Positions 58,885 through 64,000 of a DNA stretch of 64,000 nt are shown here, in pieces. The stretch lies in contig NZ_CP020921.1 of NCBI RefSeq assembly GCF_003057965.1, positions 332,100 to 396,099 of the forward strand. Reading direction: 5' to 3'. Source of the stretch: Thermodesulfobium acidiphilum (GTDB lineage Bacteria; Thermodesulfobiota; Thermodesulfobiia; Thermodesulfobiales; Thermodesulfobiaceae). The notes beneath the pieces are model-generated. The model worked only from the letters and a program-made list of their open reading frames with translations, ran no database searches and was not told the origin of the DNA. Numbering within the stretch: the first letter of the stretch is position 1; each line of letters begins with the position of its first letter. A program made the position numbers and the translations under genes.

Positions 58885-59589
58885 TTAGATAATTTTCCTG
58901 AAATACTGATAATAGATAAACCTAAACAAAAAAAACATAGCCCCCATTGATCCCGCAAAGATATACGTGTCTTCATCGTTTAATCCAAGCGCTATAAACC
59001 TAAGCATAATAAAGATAAATCCAAAACCAAGAAGTATAGGAACAATAGACACATATGTAGCTCCGTCATATCTTAGTGCGTGTAGTGGCTCGCCTTCAGC
59101 GTATCGCCTGGCTAATTCTTCTGCACCGTTAAGGTTGCCACATGCAAGGTTATAGATATGTCTTGCTATCTCAGATGAAATATTATATTTTTTTGTAATA
59201 TAATTTATTATCTTCTCTTTCTGTGAAAAAAGCTTTATCTCTTTCCCGTGCTTAAAAAAGGTAGTGATAATCTTCCCTGTAGGAAGAGATGAACAGCTAA
59301 CATAAACGTCATTTTTTTCAAGCATTGCCTGGATAAATATTGCGAAGCTATCTGTCAGCTTTTCTGCGTGATTTATGTAAAATGGTTGATTTAGACTTCT
59401 TAACTCGTCTGCTAAACCGTATACATTTAAACCCTTTGTCTCAACGTTTAAATTTTTCAATACCTGTCTTATACATGTAGATGGCGGTGTAGGATTGTCA
59501 ATATATATCCCAAATTTGGTTTTCATAATTGATTTTAGATGTCTTTCTCCTAAACCTGAGCTGTCTATTATGTAATAAAACGTGCCCAT
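58885..59589 (-). CDS. Degenerate AAA+-like protein with C-terminal TM hairpin
   Basis: Walker A-like IIDSSGLGER, Walker B-like FYINHAEKL, lid-like IYNLACGNL, two C-terminal TMs; GAGGAGG SD. Confidence 0.55.
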   Translation of the reverse strand: MGTFYYIIDSSGLGERHLKSIMKTKFGIYIDNPTPPSTCIRQVLKNLNVETKGLNVYGLADELRSLNQPFYINHAEKLTDSFAIFIQAMLEKNDVYVSCSSLPTGKIITTFFKHGKEIKLFSQKEKIINYITKKYNISSEIARHIYNLACGNLNGAEELARRYAEGEPLHALRYDGATYVSIVPILLGFGFIFIMLRFIALGLNDEDTYIFAGSMGAMFFLFRFIYYQYFRKII

Positions 59590-59617
59590 TTTCCTCCTCT
59601 TTTCCTTTAAGAAATCT

Positions 59618-59644
59618 AAAAGGCCGCTAAGGTTATTAGCGACC
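59618..59644 (-). terminator. Hairpin/attenuator after the secreted repeat protein gene
   Basis: On the - strand, GGTCGCTAA-TAACC-TTAGCGGCC followed by TTTT. Confidence 0.6.
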
Positions 59645-59654
59645 CTGAATTTTT

Positions 59655-60566
59655 CTACTTAGAAACTAAAGTTATAGTCTGAAGTGCAAAGGTAGCATTG
59701 GCATTAGGAATTATAACCTCTCTTATAGACTGATATCCTGATTTACTAACTCGTATAGGTACCTGTAGAATGCCGTTTGCTGGCACTACTATACTAAACT
59801 CGCCGTTAGCATTAGTAACAGTCTCAGGATATCCTACTTCTTTTAATGGTGCTGTTACCTTTGCATTAGCCACTGGATTACCCACTGCGTCAAGAACCTG
59901 TCCCGTTATAGTGGCTGTAGTTGTAGGCAGTACGTCTACGGTTACATTTTCATTAGCTACTGTAGTTGTGTCTTTGGTTACATTAAACTGTCCTGTAGCC
60001 ATTGTATTCTTTATCCCATGCCCTAAAACTCTAACGTAATAGATAAAAGTAGAAGTATCATTTGGCTTTATTGCCTTTAGCGTGTATGTGCCGTCCTGCG
60101 CTGTTGTAGCCTTATCTACGACGTATTTACCCATAGTAGTACTTCCAAATCTTGGATCTTCTTTCATCAGTTGAACTACCAGGCCGCCTATTCCGTTGCC
60201 TGATGCGTCAGCTACCTTGCCTGTAACTGCTGCTGTGCCTCCTGCTGAAGGCATAGCCTTTATAGATATGTTTTTGTTTTTGGTAGTGATAGATACGGAT
60301 TTGTCAACTCCAACATATCCTGTCTCTTTAACCTCGACTGTATAAACGCCTGAGTTAACGCCTGTAAAGAGAAACCTACCCGCGCTATCAGCTGTAACCT
60401 CCTTAAGAATATTACCAGAGCTGTCCTTTAGGTCTACAGTAGCGCCTGAAAGAGTAGCGGCTGTCTCAGCATCTATAATCTTGCCTTTGATATCCATTGC
60501 GTTTGCTGCTGATACAAGAATTAGTAAGCTTGAGCCAATCATTAAACCGCTTAAAAGTTTGTTCAC
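59655..60566 (-). CDS. Secreted protein with three carboxypeptidase-regulatory-like (transthyretin-like beta-sandwich) repeats
   Basis: GTG start after AAGGAGG; signal peptide ending ANA; repeats IKGKIIDA...GATV, VTGKVADASGNGI, ITGQVLDAVGNPVANAKV with T.A.G.F/Y motifs. Confidence 0.8.
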   Translation of the reverse strand: MNKLLSGLMIGSSLLILVSAANAMDIKGKIIDAETAATLSGATVDLKDSSGNILKEVTADSAGRFLFTGVNSGVYTVEVKETGYVGVDKSVSITTKNKNISIKAMPSAGGTAAVTGKVADASGNGIGGLVVQLMKEDPRFGSTTMGKYVVDKATTAQDGTYTLKAIKPNDTSTFIYYVRVLGHGIKNTMATGQFNVTKDTTTVANENVTVDVLPTTTATITGQVLDAVGNPVANAKVTAPLKEVGYPETVTNANGEFSIVVPANGILQVPIRVSKSGYQSIREVIIPNANATFALQTITLVSK

Positions 60567-60848
60567 TCTAACCCTCCTTAAAATTATTTGTTTTTCTAAG
60601 GCCAAAATCTAATTTAATACAAGCAAATCGCATCACCCCCATATGATTAATTATCAAAAATAATAAATTATAATAGATAATTTGTCAATATCTGAAATTG
60701 AAAGTAAGTATAAAAGTATAAGATAGTTAATTATCTTCCAGATAAAATTTATTGTGGATTGAATATGAAGGTCTTAGGGGAGATAAAAATTGACTTTAAA
60801 TATTACGTATAATTGTTTTATTTGCAATTATTTATTCCTGATAGAGAT

Positions 60849-63392
60849 TCAGGAGTTTAATATTTTATGAAGTTCACTCTTTGACATTGGCCTGTAAAAC
60901 AAAAATCCCTGATAGTAATCGCATCCCATTGATTTTAGGATTTCAAACTGTTCTACAGTCTCTACACCTTCTGCTATGGTTTTTATGTTTAGGGATTTTG
61001 ATAGGGCAATGATTGCGTTTGTAACGTTTTTTGTGTCTTTATCGTTTAGGTTTTTTACAAAAGATGTGTCTATTTTTAGGAAATTTACTTTTAGCTTTGA
61101 TAGATAAGAGAGGCTTGAATATCCTGTGCCAAAGTCATCAATGCTAAAAAATATATTAAATTTCTTTAAGTTTTCTATAAGATTTCTTATATACTCAAAG
61201 TTTTCTAAAAAGGATCTTTCAATAATTTCTATATTTAATATGTTATGAGAAATATCTATGTTTATATTGCCTTTTACTTTTCTTCGGGTTAGTTTCGATA
61301 TAAGGCTTTGGGATAGGTCCTTTCTAAATAAGCTTTTTATAGAGAGGTTGACAGAAACTGGAAAACTAAAACCTAGTTCACTTATATCGTCTAAAACATT
61401 ATCGATTATTAAATCTTCAACATCTACAATATATTGCCCAGCTTCCAGCTCTTCTATAAATTCCGATGGCAACAGGATATTATCGCCTTTCTTCCATCGC
61501 ATCAGGGCTTCTAACCCGACTATATTTTTATCTCTATCTACATATGGCTGATAATAAACAATGAATTCTTTATTTGACACTGCGCGTTCAAGTTCAGTTA
61601 TTAAATTCAACCTTTTTATGACATCTTCTTCAATATCTTTTCTGAAAAAGCCAATCTGATTTTTTCCCTTTTGTTTTGCATCTACCAGCGCAATGTTTGC
61701 CATTTTTAGTATTTCAGATGGGTTGTTTACATCCTTTGATATGAATATTATTCCAAGATTAAATTCAAGAATAATATGACTGTTTCCTGTGTTATATGGC
61801 ATTGCGAGTTCTTTTAAAATTTTTTTGGCAACTAGTAACACATCCTCTTTAAATCTCAGAGGTCTTATCAATACTCCAAATTTTTCTGATTCAAGTCTTG
61901 CTACAATGTCATTTTTTTCCACTATTTGATTTAGTCTGGACGCTATCAGACTAAGCAATTTATTCCCTGTGTCAAACCCAAAGGCTTCGTTTATCCTTCT
62001 AAATTCTTGTGGATCAATTAATATTAGCGCTCCAATTTGATCTTCGTATTTTACTGTTTGACAAAATTTTTCTATTTCTTTAATAAAATAATTAGTATTT
62101 GGTAAATTTGTTATGGGATCGTAGAAAAGCGCCTTTTCAAGACTTTTTAAGAGTTCATCCTCCCTTTCCAATATTTTGCCGATAACAATATAATTGGTAA
62201 CTTTTTCCCCTTTAAAATAAGGCATAATATTTACAAGAAAATCTTTAGGAGAGTTATCCTTGAGCCTATAACTTATTACTCCAGTATATTGCCTGTCTGA
62301 AGAAAGCCTCTTGTAAATATCCTTTTTAAAGTCTTCTGATTGTTCAAAAAAACAAAAATCAATAAGATCTTTCCCGATAATTTCATTAGTTTGATATCCA
62401 GAAAGTTTTTTGGCTTTATCGTTTGCATATAATATTTTAAAGTTATCGTCTACTATACATACAAATTCGAAGCTTTTGTTTACTGCAGAAAGAATAAGTT
62501 GATACCACTTTTCATTTTCAACTTTTTCCAGGGCAAAAGATATGTCTAATTTTATCTGTTCCAGGAGGTGCAGGTGATCACTGTCAAACGTATTCGCAAT
62601 AGTGTCGTGCAGGAGCAAAATATATTTTACCTCTCCTCTCTTTAATATTGGGATTGAACAGGCTGAAGATATGTTGAATTTGTTGAAAAAGTCATGCCAG
62701 TAGTGACCTGATTCAAGTTTTGAAATCTGAGAAATCAGGCTTATCTCTTTTGTGTGATAGGCTTTTGAAACCGTGCCTGTGCCATATGGGGTGTTTGGGT
62801 CTGCGCCAATCGTTAAAGATTTAAGGGCATCTTCTATCTCTTTTGTTTTGGCTTTTGTATAAATTTGTCTAAACAGCTTATTCTCATCTATATAGCCTAT
62901 GGCACAATCCAGGTAACCAACCTCATCAATAGCTATTTCACAAATTTTTTCAAGAATTTCTTCCTCATCTTCAATCCTTACTATTAACTGATTTATCTGG
63001 CTTAAGGTGAGAAATAGCTTTTCAAATGACTTTTCTTTTGTTCTGTCAAGGATTAAAACCAGTCCAGAGTATTTGTTGTTATATTCTATTGTATAGGCAA
63101 AGAGAGATACAGGAATTATCGCATTAGTTCTGGATTTAAGATAGTGTTCTATATATTCAGCTGCAAAAATCTCTCCCTGGGCTTTTCTTTTTATATGCGA
63201 TTTAACTTCATCAACATCTGAAGCTACCAGCTCTATTGCACTTTTCCCAATTAGCTCTTCTTTGCTGTCATACTTTAAAATTTGTGCTATCTTGTCGTTT
63301 GCAAAAACAATTTTAGCCTCTTCTCCTTGATATATGTATACTCCAAATACAGATGAATTTAATAGGAATTGGAACGTTTGCAGGTTAGACAT
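60849..63392 (-). CDS. PAS-GAF-PAS-GGDEF(degenerate)-EAL c-di-GMP phosphodiesterase
   Basis: YDPITNLPN, ARLESEKF (dead GGDEF), EALMRW, DDFGTGYSSL, AEGVET, QGF. Confidence 0.9.
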   Translation of the reverse strand: MSNLQTFQFLLNSSVFGVYIYQGEEAKIVFANDKIAQILKYDSKEELIGKSAIELVASDVDEVKSHIKRKAQGEIFAAEYIEHYLKSRTNAIIPVSLFAYTIEYNNKYSGLVLILDRTKEKSFEKLFLTLSQINQLIVRIEDEEEILEKICEIAIDEVGYLDCAIGYIDENKLFRQIYTKAKTKEIEDALKSLTIGADPNTPYGTGTVSKAYHTKEISLISQISKLESGHYWHDFFNKFNISSACSIPILKRGEVKYILLLHDTIANTFDSDHLHLLEQIKLDISFALEKVENEKWYQLILSAVNKSFEFVCIVDDNFKILYANDKAKKLSGYQTNEIIGKDLIDFCFFEQSEDFKKDIYKRLSSDRQYTGVISYRLKDNSPKDFLVNIMPYFKGEKVTNYIVIGKILEREDELLKSLEKALFYDPITNLPNTNYFIKEIEKFCQTVKYEDQIGALILIDPQEFRRINEAFGFDTGNKLLSLIASRLNQIVEKNDIVARLESEKFGVLIRPLRFKEDVLLVAKKILKELAMPYNTGNSHIILEFNLGIIFISKDVNNPSEILKMANIALVDAKQKGKNQIGFFRKDIEEDVIKRLNLITELERAVSNKEFIVYYQPYVDRDKNIVGLEALMRWKKGDNILLPSEFIEELEAGQYIVDVEDLIIDNVLDDISELGFSFPVSVNLSIKSLFRKDLSQSLISKLTRRKVKGNINIDISHNILNIEIIERSFLENFEYIRNLIENLKKFNIFFSIDDFGTGYSSLSYLSKLKVNFLKIDTSFVKNLNDKDTKNVTNAIIALSKSLNIKTIAEGVETVEQFEILKSMGCDYYQGFLFYRPMSKSELHKILNS

Positions 63393-63596
63393 GATATCCT
63401 CCTCCCTTTAAATATCTTTATACCTTAATTATCAAATTATTAACATCTACTCCCTGAAAAAAAATAATTTTTTATTATTATATTTCTTCTCTTGCTAAAT
63501 ATAAATAATGATAACTTATAAAATTTTAGCTTTAAAAAGCTTAATATATTTTGCAAATGCTATTTTTGAGGAGATTAGAGTATAAAATCTCTAAAA

Positions 63597-63638
63597 TTAT
63601 TCACAGGATATCCACAACTTATTAACAACTTATCCACA
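63597..63638 (+). promoter_or_regulatory. Second array of four DnaA-box-like 9-mers at 11-bp period
   Basis: TTATTCACA (63597), ATATCCACA (63608), TTATTAACA (63619), TTATCCACA (63630), preceded by about 200 bp of very AT-rich DNA. Confidence 0.75.
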
Positions 63639-63682
63639 AAGTTTATTAGATTTAAGCCTGTTTGTAGATGAGATTAAGGAGA

Positions 63683-63997
63683 TTAGGATGATAATATTTC
63701 AATAGATTTTAGTAGCTCATCTTTTTTCTTATACACATCCCCCAGATATGACTCTTCGTGTGGAAGTTCTAATCTTAAAAGATCGTCTTTGGTTAAATTC
63801 TTTTCAAATATATATCTGTTATTCTTGAAGTCATAATAGCACAGACTGGTTTTACTCTTTAAGACTATATCTCTCATGGTGCTTTTACCTGATATATAGT
63901 TCAGTATTACTGTTTGGTTTTCACACAGAAACCACTTTTCGTATTCTTCGTCATCATCATGCCAGATTAGTGCAATAGTTGCAGTTTTGTTTACCAT
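63683..63997 (-). CDS. Hypothetical protein, probably partial (frame open to the window edge)
   Basis: ORF track entry; W-x-D...WF...ISG...LP-x-E pattern loosely recalls DUF6575-like proteins. Confidence 0.5.
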   Translation of the reverse strand: MVNKTATIALIWHDDDEEYEKWFLCENQTVILNYISGKSTMRDIVLKSKTSLCYYDFKNNRYIFEKNLTKDDLLRLELPHEESYLGDVYKKKDELLKSIEILSS

Positions 63998-64000
63998 AAC

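Noticed and set aside
57155-61551. + strand ORFs 57155..57550, 58967..59155, 59770..60039 and 61258..61551
   Set aside because: Antisense shadows of better-supported - strand genes.
58800-63680. Calling the DnaA arrays the chromosomal oriC
   Set aside because: No dnaA, dnaN or gyr genes are nearby, there is no clear DnaA-trio run, and gene orientation converges rather than diverges.
1-64000. CRISPR array, cas genes, rRNA, intact integrase or transposase
   Set aside because: No regularly spaced 25-40 bp repeats with unique spacers and no such genes were recognised.

Overview
This is a low-GC, gene-dense bacterial chromosome segment. The gene content (hldD, wzm/wzt, TolC-like repeat, Tat-exported hydrogenase and molybdoenzyme) points to a diderm anaerobe. 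It is reminiscent of Thermodesulfobium-like organisms, but that is an impression, not something the sequence proves. From 1 to about 41 kb it is mostly core and energy metabolism on the + strand: clpC (partial), hldD, a group 1 [NiFe]-hydrogenase operon, an ADP-forming acyl-CoA synthetase plus VOR operon, pabB/pabC, glyA, metF, tRNA-fMet and a TtrBCA/SrdBCA-like molybdoenzyme operon. From about 41.5 to 55.4 kb it is accessory. It holds a HepT/MntA toxin-antitoxin (TA) cassette flanked by 39-bp direct repeats that duplicate the 3' end of a TauE gene, decayed MNT, Phd and YafQ-like remnants, an IS3 relic and an ABC-dependent O-antigen cluster. From 55.5 kb onward all genes lie on the - strand. 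This part contains the most unusual locus: a secreted beta-sandwich repeat protein, a catalytically degenerate membrane-anchored AAA+-like protein, a putative outer-membrane beta protein, a single-repeat ('half') TolC, and a YdjM-like membrane domain fused to a membrane-fusion-protein (MFP) hairpin. It also carries two arrays of four DnaA-box-like 9-mers at exact 11-bp spacing. All family calls come from motif recognition by eye; no searches were run.
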